A stretch of DNA of 64,000 nt from Patescibacteria group bacterium (GTDB lineage: Bacteria > Patescibacteriota > Patescibacteriia > UM-FILTER-42-10), in the NCBI GenBank assembly GCA_018825385.1, contig JAHJEX010000071.1:1547-65546 (forward strand), given 5' to 3'. Numbering within the stretch: the stretch's first letter is position 1; each line of letters opens with the position of its first letter. The notes beneath the pieces were generated by a model. That model was not told the origin of the DNA. It searched no databases and saw only the letters and a program-made list of their open reading frames with translations. The position numbers and the translations under genes are program-made. Positions 39,701 through 48,100 of this stretch are shown here, one piece after another.

Positions 39701-40315
39701 TAGGATTGTCCTAGATAGCTGGGCGGGATCAATTCCTTTTATAGAAAGTCCTCCATCAAATGTTACCTGAGAAAAGATTCCATCATTGAATCTATCCAGA
39801 ATTGAAGTTACAGTACATTTTGCTTGGCGAGGCTCTTCCAGTCCTAAATCTAAAGCTATTCCATACTGGATATTGACTTTGATAGCCGGGTCAATATCGC
39901 ACAAACTCCACCCCCATCCATCGGTTGTGAGAGTATCTAAAAAATCACCAACTGCTGCATTACCGGCATCTCTCACTGACTCCTTAAAATCTTCGGTATT
40001 GAACAAAGGTTCTTGCCCTGCGCCTCCGCTGGCAATTTTTACCGCCGCGTCATAAGCAATTTGTTGAGTAAAGACTCTCAAAGCATTCTTGTAAGCAATA
40101 TCCCCCGAAGTCTTTACTACCGACGTTACAGCCTCTGACAACGCACGAGGGATGTCTTGAATTGTGGTAGAAAAAGTAATATCACCAAAACCAAACAAAG
40201 CATTCGCTGGTTTTGGCATGAAGGTGACAATTTGTACAAAAGCAACAACTAAAACAAAAACACCAATTACTGTTCTTTTAATGTGGTGTTTTGATTTTTT
40301 TTGAGGGCCTTGCAT
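30791..40315 (-). CDS. Giant (3174 aa) secreted Cys-rich surface protein with CBM-like, two PA14 and a PKD-like domain
   Basis: Signal peptide ending PANA; NASFE/DDFE/GDFE domain starts; RWEG...NDGVRIWVD and RWTG...NDGLRFYID; VDWGD...SHTY. Confidence 0.85.
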   Translation of the reverse strand: MQGPQKKSKHHIKRTVIGVFVLVVAFVQIVTFMPKPANALFGFGDITFSTTIQDIPRALSEAVTSVVKTSGDIAYKNALRVFTQQIAYDAAVKIASGGAGQEPLFNTEDFKESVRDAGNAAVGDFLDTLTTDGWGWSLCDIDPAIKVNIQYGIALDLGLEEPRQAKCTVTSILDRFNDGIFSQVTFDGGLSIKGIDPAQLSRTILKEFPNMWGDEQTNVGQYLTVYKGAVEKKFEAETAEAASQEKGFKDLVSAITGRTKTPAATIEATQNFALSQTTTAEETNTGSIIADMVGVFTNTLVKKYMEFILVKGLNPAADSTSSQYGGQFGRTSSIAAAEAKFASFNQPNLSAGGSVDILNTLSSCPTSFAEPENCVIDASFRTAVEQQLRLEEAIDRGYINGNKPFGYGDGGSQLNYTEGYPYRSLVLLRRHRVVPVSWELAASYIREYGGGARSLNDLIREFDDESSQYYQLIDPDWVLKAPASQCVNSGYGETFLFDEYLDADGKSETPKVRQIQRNTSCVDDQSCLSEDEAGNCQQYGYCTKEDPIWRFGGDSCPDYYNTCTTYIDSQGQPDSYLRDTLDFNGCSADNVGCQWYCKEYNEVDDRWECYWDDVNNDDYSMWSDGLFDPWGLVYTPGPDYRDWMSHLTAGAETCTADVAGCNEYIRTTHGTNLINNASFEYYTGDPDNLVSNTFDAWVPIGGTSIEAVTPDTPGVIPFSGITALSMLPGAPLSEGIMSSFNTGSPIRGRSFTFSVYAMSLDPTACNNDGQVDVGNTGFIESSSTAIDNVSDQWQRYEVTVNLPDTIVASEQTLDVRFYADSVCDMLYDAVMLEESSSAGQYADYGTVNRIYLTGERDTCDPDDVGCQWYDPLAGGDQIPAQITPSDQCPSQDVGCKAFEEVPLTTIVPNPNHIERSGNYCHGGGNEGEACLTSLDCGTGYCFPSISFIPNTGLQCSAAYVGCEEYTNLDEVADGGEGKEYYTYLKQCVLPGEINTAPYYAWEGDAVAGYQLRAFRLKQSDIGLPYAPCTHLEVGPTLPLDCEDGSNTVIDCGPAGTNEYGTNPDCTQFFDASLNVFYRYKSQTITVSDDCHPERNSIDEDIYYGIPSESRACPQEFMGCREYLGNSGYNYRQIFFDDFEDGTTQGWTPATVSTNSVIAGGHSLASNVNTDIDKTVTVEDGKTYELRFWGMTPAASETITVRFDTVAGANGNTWFADQTVLTLPPTVTLVPEWQEFRLGPVTIDISDPAGWTGLPSSLQILSVGNQIYLDNIELVETTNSQYLVRDSFRTCYGSENCEAYSDSDGNIHYLKSFSKLCEENVAGCEALIDTMNTSSPFSEDYGDPLQTQSFITIPPDETVRFINKEEVRCSSSDKGCAELGEPVFDERNNITGYDTVYLKDNADQYSDIWCAHSEVGCEEFGFSGSTGKTFFKDPAGRLCEYKQLLGSYVLDWYIVGTEELCDKTDTPPNPAIPAFVCEGGSPALPAGTVCNPDNPVECTNGSRCIPWVGVCEAEFDGCEAYRDPVDPVGCQPNCPYENGVLFDENCAESVGGLPGCETYYYIDRTVDATSCNGVVNEEKGCKLFNDTSQSINYSADLSPDGLKKYCNLDPSDVTFYGQECETDVDCSPPTGICIENPEFGPPVLGRYGTCSGGTNPGDPCTATGAECLGGSCNPLYTANSSPYNDSNTVLKVRRDRVCDEWLYCKTSFEVDDELDLDGDGKTKEDVCFEIGLCDELGPGGLCAGTVTTPPANVTGDTGAYPFDDFQNLSGFVSAGLQYGCKDDHSVSCTVATELTDCAGPLGEECHIIEGLYPYSEMFEVGMGGAITKDLVQFGDFESDAIEGFMVCDDEQENKGDSCIVDAHCIPNEELTDTANCKDVNEDPSWSPIFPALDSEIIVVEGEETLGNAALDENNYLLYKAGALGVCDDASDNEGTTCILAGSECTGGGSCSFVGLGVKVDLGSNILNNTEYIASFDFRFEYLPQEGSEEIAVSLAQFDGVNIVGENLLGYFNGSTGWTQQVLEPVEVTGLPDENAQTFLLIRNMGGNISFALDNVSMKPALAVKAFDSPGIRGDYFTHVYQPTVTSVPGLNEECFTDTNLSVPCAANPYEVPMINWYEPCVACYDESPAAIDCSIPDSICCLCGNADRFVTIPGEMQAFVPNNNDLIIEGSSARWEGGINFPSSGIYTLFFNVNDGVRIWVDDLSPGAEIVSAWGNIPTLGFMYSEYFTAGWHPIKIEFNNAEGAYGGLQLGWVTGQWDPSDCGGGIPNPFCVEYAWDANGDGEISPIAWTNNSATSVVEGMAHPDWNRITAIPNSYLIPQSSLTTELERVFGSYLGTYVSNNLDYSVPAMANHLNDQAGTDEQVAVRWTGQILLETAGNYGFQFNTNDGLRFYIDDLANPVLDDWNDGDNNNSVTLFGLDAGWHPIMVEYYQNLGDAQMIFTWRPAGAAGFTIVPAANLSTTDGDEAYIVRSCRAYPREDSEKCQYTNSDLVEFNGWQGYCIETDPTNANKCITWWPVDVISGESSVFGTVEPAGYKGRRPLYMCVEASGNFDDTTRTLPGNIDTQDFCGENNVRTGLVEQAYGYRRPVQTNWLNAECDIPWNYINQGCSGDYACGSLENIPQLRSVASCGGRQMLPGGAAAGFYGWVSCTGGNGINRTVAAIGEDVNYHEWEIDRIEWVQQRSSHGDWPSNAYTWVANAENGWHILGDQGGWNKDPGESINCQDLNCFEVKVNFDSVDKTIESYFVHMSDGSTNFGGMWVMGYIYLRDSCKEIAKVVSPTDDKAWAQRTANTSSYVIPELLYTYSSDSAPFGAIVAGQGDDPGQTWDSMGDQQLLNPLYVDNFDNYPLPAFNNQRSGRPYSCDGDCVPKVCFGGDYDTAHRSVQYPCSTDADCGGTADDRGVCVGVGFCSDAQTVACEIDQDCIDINGGSCVGSEVRGRGDGPTDPTGDDWAIERLQRIFGYIYGAWRWDDGTGSYQDITNTAVWAQNWNDAFVTMPLCNMECDISGAACVNDTDCALPGDSCNAGLGPRPTWPGLPGETDLCGILPTIDNVLVNGATGDVELFGGGSVTLTFNSFVDPEQEALKHIVVDWGDTSTSHIMWNGAPKSDPSQPHLMSHTYDAPGGILNYNIEIMLIDNWGFCNDQPETDSGSRDCSIGVRDYQGFDGVITVYPS

Positions 40316-40350
40316 ATTGCCTTAAACGAAATAATTAAACACTAAAATGC

Positions 40351-41151
40351 TTAGTATAATTCTTCTTGTAAAGCCTGGTAATACAGAAGCTCCAACGTTT
40401 CATCATCTACCTGGCTTAGATCAGCCTCGCTAACTCCACTGCCAATTAGCAGTTGCCTGATTTGTGCCGCATCAAGTTGTTGCAGAGCATCAAGCGTAAT
40501 TTCCTGACCTGCTGAATCCGCCGGTGCAAGACTATCTGTCTGATTTGTAAGTTCTTGAGGGTCAATGCCTGTTTCCACCACTGTATCTTCATACACTGTC
40601 CTAAGCGTCTCATCATCCATAGCGTCAACAATATTTGCCGGCGCTCCCAATTGTTTCAAAGTATCTCTTAGCTCTCCTGCAGAAAGTTCATTCGTAGTAG
40701 TGGTAGTGACAACAGTATTTGTTAAATCTGACGCAGGTTCAGTTGCTACCGTTGTAATTACACAAACCTCGCCCTTTGGACAATTGGGGTCGTTTCCGCT
40801 GTCCAGCTCGTCTTTATCTGAAATATTGTCGCTGTCTGAGTCAGCTACATACGGACTGGTTCCATATATGTAAAGTTCATCATAGTCATTAAGCCCGTCC
40901 TGATCTGTATCCTTCTCTTTGAGAAAAACCAGCTGGTCATATTCCGAATCACTATTTGTCAGTGCATTTTGTGTATCTTCTCCATCGGAACCGACAAGAG
41001 GAGAACCTATTGTACCGGAAATTTGGAATACTCCCAGTACTATTGCGCTGAAACCAACAAACAGAAGTGCTCCAAAAATGATATTCTGCCTTTTTTGGGA
41101 GTCTAATTGTGATTTTTTGTTTTGATTTTTTTGGGGTGAGACTACATCCAT
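40351..41151 (-). CDS. Membrane-anchored protein with thrombospondin type 3-like Ca-binding repeats
   Basis: TM helix; DTDQDGLNDYDE...DSDSDNISDKDE; start moved to MDVVSP, which has an RBS-like AGAAGGG. Confidence 0.75.
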   Translation of the reverse strand: MDVVSPQKNQNKKSQLDSQKRQNIIFGALLFVGFSAIVLGVFQISGTIGSPLVGSDGEDTQNALTNSDSEYDQLVFLKEKDTDQDGLNDYDELYIYGTSPYVADSDSDNISDKDELDSGNDPNCPKGEVCVITTVATEPASDLTNTVVTTTTTNELSAGELRDTLKQLGAPANIVDAMDDETLRTVYEDTVVETGIDPQELTNQTDSLAPADSAGQEITLDALQQLDAAQIRQLLIGSGVSEADLSQVDDETLELLYYQALQEELY

Positions 41152-41195
41152 AACCCTTCTATAGAGTGTAAAATAGCTCAAAAATAATCGTCCCC

Positions 41196-41224
41196 ATTAT
41201 ATCATAATTACCCCAAAGTGTCAA
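41196..41224 (-). promoter_or_regulatory. Perfect sigma70 promoter for the 15-kb surface operon
   Basis: TTGACA-17 nt-TATAAT on the minus strand. Confidence 0.75.
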
Positions 41225-41264
41225 ACTGATAGTGCTTTCAATTGCCGATTTTTGTCTTGCTGTG

Positions 41265-42140
41265 CTACTTTTCAAGAATTTTCTTATTATTTAGAGTAAA
41301 AGTCAACTTTTTCCAGCTATTTACGGCAATGTCTTGCGGTCTGAATTCGGGTTTAATACCGCTTTCTACTAATATTTTCTTTATTTTCTGAGTTTCAACA
41401 TGCAAACTGTTCGCAAGATTGTTATGAATCTGTTTACGCTTTGCAGAAAACCCCGCCTTTACTACTTGAAAAAACTGTTTCTCACTAAAATCATAGCCAT
41501 CCGCCTTATTTCTCTCTTTAATTTGCTTGCCTGTTCTAATATTACCTATTTTGACTATAGCACTATCAACTTTTGGCTCAGGCCAAAAGCATGTCCTTGA
41601 AACCCCATGGATAATTTGGGGTTTTCCGTAAAATTGGACTGACACTGCTAAGAGACTAAGTTTCCCTACACTGGCCACCACTCTTTCTGCCACCTCTTTC
41701 TGCATCAGTAATGTCATTGCACAAGGTTTAGGTTCTTGCTCAAGAAACTTTCTAAGTATAAACGAAGTTATATTGTACGGGAGATTCGCAACTATTTTAT
41801 ATTCCTGGCCGCTTACTAGTTTGCTAATATCTAATTTAAGAATGTCCTGATGAATTATTTCGATCAAAGGGAAGGCAGTCCCCAGTTTATTTAACTCGGG
41901 CATAAATCTTTTCTCTAATTCTACTGCCCATACTTTTTTTGCTTTTTCTGCAAGTCTTTTTGTCAGCGGGCCAAAGCCAGCTCCAATCTCAAGCACATTA
42001 TCACTTTTTTTCAGTTGCGCTGCATTAATGATTATGTCCAATGGTTCTTCTTCAATTAAAAAATTCTGCCCGCTTTTGCGTTGAGGGTGGATCCCATATT
42101 TTTTTGTAAGATATTTTGTTTCGTCCTGAAGATTATTCAA
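41265..42140 (-). CDS. rsmA: 16S rRNA m6,2A dimethyltransferase
   Basis: GQNFL, LEIGAGFG, VANLPYNITS, QKEVAER, PEPKVDS. Confidence 0.95.
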   Translation of the reverse strand: MNNLQDETKYLTKKYGIHPQRKSGQNFLIEEEPLDIIINAAQLKKSDNVLEIGAGFGPLTKRLAEKAKKVWAVELEKRFMPELNKLGTAFPLIEIIHQDILKLDISKLVSGQEYKIVANLPYNITSFILRKFLEQEPKPCAMTLLMQKEVAERVVASVGKLSLLAVSVQFYGKPQIIHGVSRTCFWPEPKVDSAIVKIGNIRTGKQIKERNKADGYDFSEKQFFQVVKAGFSAKRKQIHNNLANSLHVETQKIKKILVESGIKPEFRPQDIAVNSWKKLTFTLNNKKILEK

Positions 42141-42155
42141 AATATGATTTCATTT

Positions 42156-43322
42156 TTATAATAAAACATATAAAAGGGTCATGCTACCGCCAATAATAAA
42201 TGCGATTGCGAATCCCCAAGAAGCTGGAAAGATGAACAATAAAATCAAAATTATAAAAGCGGCGAGCAGCTTACCGATTACCAATGCTAATTCAAAATTA
42301 ACAATAGATTTCATAACATTGTGCTTCTGAGCTCTATCATACGTCATAGCCATTAACGGAACAGCGATCGTTTTCTTGGTTATTCGGGAAAGTGAATCAA
42401 TTAAAAATATATGCCAACCAGCCGTTGCAATTAATCGGATGAGCCAGATAAAAGTTGAGCTGATCGAACCGAACCTCACGATGCCTCTTTTGCTTCTCTT
42501 ATCCGTGAGTTTACCGATGTAAAGAGTAGCAAATGTCGTAGTAAATGTTGCCAATGCAACAACCATTCCTACGGAAAAGAAATTTGTCACCACAACATAT
42601 ATGAACACCGGCCATACTACCATCACGATCAATTCTTCCCCAAACCCAATATAAGCGAACAATTTTCTTCTGTTCTTTTTGCTAAACAACCTTTGATAAG
42701 CATCTTGATAAGAAAAGTCCAGCATTTTGAATTTCTCCTTTGTTGTCAGCAGTGGAATGCTTGAAGCAAGAATTAGAACAGCAGCAATAATGAAAAGAAC
42801 GTTAAAATTCCAAATAGCTAAAATTGCTCCGCCAACAAGCGGACCAACTATATATACCAGCGAGTCAATTGCATCCATTTCTCCAATCTCTTTTCCACGC
42901 TCTTTGCCACTAGAAAATTTTGCAAAATCCGCATGATATCCTGTCCAATAGAGAGATTTATTGATGGCAAAGAATAAAGGGGCAATTACTAAAAAAACTG
43001 CGCTTGTCCCTATTGCATATAAAGCTAAATAGTATCCCACCAGAAAGATGGTGCTTAATGTCATGCTGTGCTCATAGCCAAATTTATTGGCATACTTGGC
43101 ACCTAATGGAAGAATAATGAAATAGACTATATATACTTCAATATAAAAAAGTAAAATTACCTTGAGTGAATAACCCAGAGTGTAAATGTATATCGGTTCG
43201 AATAATGAAACAGACGCAACTGCAAAATCCATTATTGCTCTAGACCAATACAACTCTTTTATTTGACGGGTAATATGGTGCGGGAAAAAACTGGGTACGG
43301 GAAGATGAAAATATTTAGCCAT
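42156..43322 (-). CDS. MFS transporter
   Basis: ~12 hydrophobic segments; RGKEIG, GPLVGG, IGKLTDK. Confidence 0.85.
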   Translation of the reverse strand: MAKYFHLPVPSFFPHHITRQIKELYWSRAIMDFAVASVSLFEPIYIYTLGYSLKVILLFYIEVYIVYFIILPLGAKYANKFGYEHSMTLSTIFLVGYYLALYAIGTSAVFLVIAPLFFAINKSLYWTGYHADFAKFSSGKERGKEIGEMDAIDSLVYIVGPLVGGAILAIWNFNVLFIIAAVLILASSIPLLTTKEKFKMLDFSYQDAYQRLFSKKNRRKLFAYIGFGEELIVMVVWPVFIYVVVTNFFSVGMVVALATFTTTFATLYIGKLTDKRSKRGIVRFGSISSTFIWLIRLIATAGWHIFLIDSLSRITKKTIAVPLMAMTYDRAQKHNVMKSIVNFELALVIGKLLAAFIILILLFIFPASWGFAIAFIIGGSMTLLYVLL

Positions 43323-43328
43323 TTTTGT

Positions 43329-43940
43329 TTAAAAAGTTATGCTGCCTCTCCTCAGAAGCACTATTTTTTTAGATGATGCCTTGACAATGGTTGAAGGTTT
43401 CACTTTTGGCAATTTGCCAATGTTGACTACTAGAGCAACTTTTTTTTCTAGGTTGGAAATTTGTTTTTGGATTGCTTTTACAGAATAACATTCTTTTTCC
43501 ATTGAGTCATTAGCACTAGTGCTAATAATCGGACCGCCTAGTCCTTTTGCAATTTCACGCGCAATAGAGTTTCCGGAAACTCGCATTGCTATAGTTTGTT
43601 TACCAGCTGTCAATAATGCCGGAATTCCTTTTTTCTTTTTTAGGACAAGTGTAAGTGCTCCCGGCCAATACTTTTTGGCCAGCATTGAAGAAACGGGATC
43701 AAATAATGCAAACTTTTTTGCCTGCTCTATATTTCCGACTATTACTGGCAGTGGAAAATTTGCTGTTCTTTTTTTGATTTGGTAAATTTTTTTGATAGTT
43801 TTTTTATTTCTTGCGTCACCTCCAATTGCGTATGCAGTTTCTGTGGGATAAATAATAACCCCCCCTGCTTCAAGGAGGGTAACAATCTTCTGTACAGTTT
43901 GCTTAGAAAGTTTTTTGTTCGAAACAAAAATTTGCTCCAT
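43329..43940 (-). CDS. tsaC: L-threonylcarbamoyladenylate synthase (YrdC/Sua5)
   Basis: YPTETAYAIG, KKR, WPGALT, STSAN, PSTIV. Confidence 0.9.
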   Translation of the reverse strand: MEQIFVSNKKLSKQTVQKIVTLLEAGGVIIYPTETAYAIGGDARNKKTIKKIYQIKKRTANFPLPVIVGNIEQAKKFALFDPVSSMLAKKYWPGALTLVLKKKKGIPALLTAGKQTIAMRVSGNSIAREIAKGLGGPIISTSANDSMEKECYSVKAIQKQISNLEKKVALVVNIGKLPKVKPSTIVKASSKKIVLLRRGSITF

Positions 43941-43946
43941 GAATAT

Positions 43947-45110
43947 CTACAATACATTAATAAACAATGAAACTAGCGCTGCAACAGGAAAGGCCAAGTT
44001 TATACCGCCAAAAGCGATTATAGCTAACATAAAACAAAGCATAACAACACGACCTAAGTTTATAGACATCTCTCGCATGACCGTATATTCGTCAACATAA
44101 TGACCCGAATCGGCCGCTTTCTCATACATTAGGGCATCAAAAGGAGTACGCATTACGACAGTAGCAAAGTTATGATAAGTTGAGGCAATGAAAATTTGAA
44201 AGCCTGTTGTAACAAATGTCTTAAAAATCCAGCCGGCGGCATAGAGTATTGATCCGGTTCGCATTAATTTCTTTTTTTTCACTTTGTCCGTGTATTTGCC
44301 CATTATCAAACGAATAACAATCGTCACAACCACAACAATAGAAGAAATTAAACCAATAGTTAAATAATTTCCTTCTAGGATTTGCCAGATAAATATCGGC
44401 CACAAAACTACCCCCACTGCATTTTCTGCTCCATCCGCCCCATATGCAAGTATGTTCCTTCTGTTTTTTTTGTGAAAAAGTTTTTTGAAAGTTTCCCAAT
44501 AGCCAAAGCTGTATTTTTCATACACTGCTCTAATCAAGAAAAATGGAATTACTGACATAATAATCAAGATTATTACGATAACAAATAAGGTCTGAAAATC
44601 AAATCTATCTAGAATAAAACCACCGGCAAAAGGAACGGCAATACTGACTAAAGAAGCAATAGACGCTAAGAAGCCAATTTGTTTTCCTCTGTTCCTTTTA
44701 TCTGTGAACTCTGCAAAGTCAGTATGATAAGGGACCCAATAAAACATTCGATACATTGTCAAGAAGAATATAGATGCAATCGCAAATAGAAGAACATCGG
44801 ATTCAAAAAGGTACAAGGAAACATAATACAGCGTCAGAAAAGGAACGCTAAGTATTAGTGTTCTTTTTAGATTTATCTTGGACATTACTTTTGCTCCAAT
44901 CGGGCATGTGAAAAAATATATTATGTGTCCAACCATAAAATAGTAAATAACGTAGTTGATGTTTTGATCAAAACTGAGGTAAAGAAAAACGGGCAAAAAA
45001 AGCCCGAGCATTCCGTTCGCTATTTGCAGAATCACCCGATTCATATATAGCGACACAACCCCCGAAGAAAGTTCACTCTTCAGATAGAATTTTGAAAAGA
45101 AACCTTTCAT
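43947..45110 (-). CDS. MFS transporter, paralogue of 42156-43322
   Basis: YHTDFAEF...RGKQIG versus YHADFAKF...RGKEIG; LWPIFI; MGKYTDK. Confidence 0.85.
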   Translation of the reverse strand: MKGFFSKFYLKSELSSGVVSLYMNRVILQIANGMLGLFLPVFLYLSFDQNINYVIYYFMVGHIIYFFTCPIGAKVMSKINLKRTLILSVPFLTLYYVSLYLFESDVLLFAIASIFFLTMYRMFYWVPYHTDFAEFTDKRNRGKQIGFLASIASLVSIAVPFAGGFILDRFDFQTLFVIVIILIIMSVIPFFLIRAVYEKYSFGYWETFKKLFHKKNRRNILAYGADGAENAVGVVLWPIFIWQILEGNYLTIGLISSIVVVVTIVIRLIMGKYTDKVKKKKLMRTGSILYAAGWIFKTFVTTGFQIFIASTYHNFATVVMRTPFDALMYEKAADSGHYVDEYTVMREMSINLGRVVMLCFMLAIIAFGGINLAFPVAALVSLFINVL

Positions 45111-48100
45111 CTATTTTACTACAATATTTAGCAACTTGCCTGGAACAAATATTTTATTTATAACCTGTTTATCAGAAATCAGTTTCTTAATTTTTTCATT
45201 CCTTTCAATGTATTGTAGCACATCTTCTTCGGTTACGTCAGTTGGCATCATGCTTTTATCTTTCAGTTTTCCATTAATTTGAATCACAAACTCAATTTCT
45301 TCATCCTTTGCTAAATTTGAATCAAAGTGCGGCCAGGGTGATAAATGAATAGATTCTTTGTGACCTAGCTTTTTCCATAATTCTTCTGCCAAGTGAGGAG
45401 CAAAAGGAGACAAAAGCAACAGGAATTTTTCAAATGCTTCTTGCCCAACTTCTTTCTGATTGTTCATTTCATTAATCATAATCATCAGTGCCGACACAGC
45501 TGTGTTGAAATGGAATTCATTTATATCCTCTGTAACTTTCTTAATTGTTTTATGAACCAAGTTCCGATCAAATTCTGCACTCTTTTTTACTTTTTCAAAA
45601 AGTAAATTTGCTTTATCCAAAAATCTGCGTACTCCCAAAATACCTTTTGTGTCCCAAGGAATCGCTTCGGCAAAGGGTCCCATGAACATCTCATACATGC
45701 GCATCGTGTCTGCACCGTATTCTTTTATTACATCATCAGGGTTAACCACATTGCCAAGAGACTTTGACATTTTCTTGCCGTCCTCTGCCAGAACCATACC
45801 GTGGGAAATTCTTTTCTGGTAGGGTTCCGGTTGAGGCACCATTTTTAAATCATAAAGCGCCTTGTACCAGAAACGTGAATATAAAAGATGCAGAGTTGTA
45901 TGTTCCATCCCGCCGTTATACAGATCAACCGGCATCCAATATTTCAGTGCTTTTTTAGAAGCAAATTCTTTTGCATTATGTGGATCGCAGTAGCGCATAA
46001 AATACCAGCTGGAACCCGCCCAGTTTGGCATCGTATCTGTTTCTCTCTTTGCATCACCCTTACATTTTGGACACTTAACATTTACCCAGTCTTTTATTCC
46101 AGCCAGAGGTGATTCCCCAGTATCAGTCGGTTCATAGTTTTTCACTTTAGGCAGTTCTACTGGAAGATCCTTTTCCGGGACAGGGACAATACCAACTGGC
46201 ATCTGACTACCTTCTACTATTTCTTCAAATATTTCAGGGAAGGTAAATGCACCGCCATTAAGTATTGTAAAATGACTTCTGCCCTTTAGCATTCTAAAAT
46301 CTGCTTTTAGTACTTTTTTGTAGTGTTTAGGAACTGATTCTGGAATGTAGTGGTCATTGTCTGAATGAAAATAAACAATTTTTTCAGTATTATTATGGAT
46401 TTGATCATAAGGTATATCCGGCTGGTTAAATTTATGTTGATATTCTGTTGGATCATTGGGATGTTTTTTTGCATAAGCTTTCCAATCAATGTCACGACAT
46501 GTTGGTGCAACCAGAATCAGTTTTCCGATCTTCTTTTTTAGTTTGGAAATAAATTGCATTGCAGCTACCCCACCAAGGGAGTGTCCAATTATTACTGAAT
46601 TCTCGTTCAGTTTATCCTTATATTGTTCCAAGAAACTTAACCACGTATCCAGATTAGGTTCCATAGGATCTGGCATATCAGGAGCAACCACTTCATGACC
46701 CAGTTTTTCTAATTCGTCCGCTAGCCAACCATACCAAAGATTTCTACCATAATTACCTGTTCCATGGATAATTAAAACTGTTTTCTTTTCTCTCTCTTTG
46801 CAATTTTCGCAATGAATCAGAGGAATTGGCTCTCCCCAATAATGCTGGCGAGAAAAGATCCAGTCGCGAAGTTTGTAATTGACCTCCGCTTTACCATATC
46901 CTTCTTTTTCTATCCATGTAGTTATCCTTTTTATTCCTTCTTTTGAATTTAACCCATCAAATTGTCCGGAGTTAATTATCTTTCCTTCTCCAGTATAAAA
47001 TTCCTTCTTAATATCACCACCAGAAATCACTTCCTGAATAGGAAGATTAAATTTTTTGGCAAACTCATAATCACGCTCATCGTGAGCAGGCACCGCCATA
47101 ATTGCACCCGTACCATAAGAGATTAAAACATAGTCCGCCACCCAAACAGGCATCTCTTTACCGCTCGCTGGATTGATCGCTTTAATTCCTTTCAATTCAA
47201 CACCGGTTTTTTTCTTTGCTAAATCAGTCCTTTCTAAATCGCTTTTATTTTGTGATGCTTTGACATATTTTTCTACTTCCTTTGAATTGCCAATTTCTGA
47301 CAATAGTTTTTCTACCAATTCATGCTCCGGTGACAATACCATATAGGTCGCACCGAAAAGAGTATCCGGTCTTGTAGTAAATACATTTATTCGATACTTC
47401 AAATCCTTCAATCTAAATTGAACCTTTGCTCCGTCAGATTTTCCAATCCAATTAATCTGTTGGGTTTTAATTTTCTTCAGATAATCTACAGTATCTAAAT
47501 CATCAATTAGGCGCTGGGCATATTGAGTAATTTTGAATATCCATTGTTTAAGATTTTTTTTACCAGTTTCTGTGCCACAGCGTTCACATTTTCCTGCAAC
47601 CACCTCCTCATTGGCCAGCCCGATTTTACAGGAAGGGCACCAGTTGATTGGCATTTCTTTTTGATACAGTAACCCGGCTTTATAAAGTTGTAAAAAAATC
47701 CACTGTGTCCATTTATAATATTCCGGATCGGTTGTTACCACTTCTCTTGACCAGTCAAACGAAAGGCCCAGAGATTTTAGTTGCAAACGAAAACGCTCAA
47801 CATTTTTCTTTGTGATGTCGGCAGGATTTTTTTTGACTTTAATCGCATAATTTTCCGCCGGCAAACCAAAGGCATCAAATCCCATTGGGAATAAAACATT
47901 ATTTCCCTCCATTCGTTTCTTACGCGCAACAATATCCAATGCCGTATAGCTGCGTGGATGACCGACGTGCAATCCATCCGCCGAAGGATATGGAAATTCG
48001 ATCAGGCAATAAAACTTTTTTTTACTGGAATCGTCTTTGGTGGCATAAAGCTTTTGCTTTTCCCATTGTTCCTGCCATTTTTTTTCTATTGATTGATGAT

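Noticed and set aside
27452-40055. Many short ORFs on the opposite strand or in alternative frames, here and elsewhere in the track
   Set aside because: Shadows of long genes with no recognisable motifs
46194-46799. Intein in leuS
   Set aside because: No Cys/Ser start or His-Asn end; the motifs are those of an alpha/beta-hydrolase
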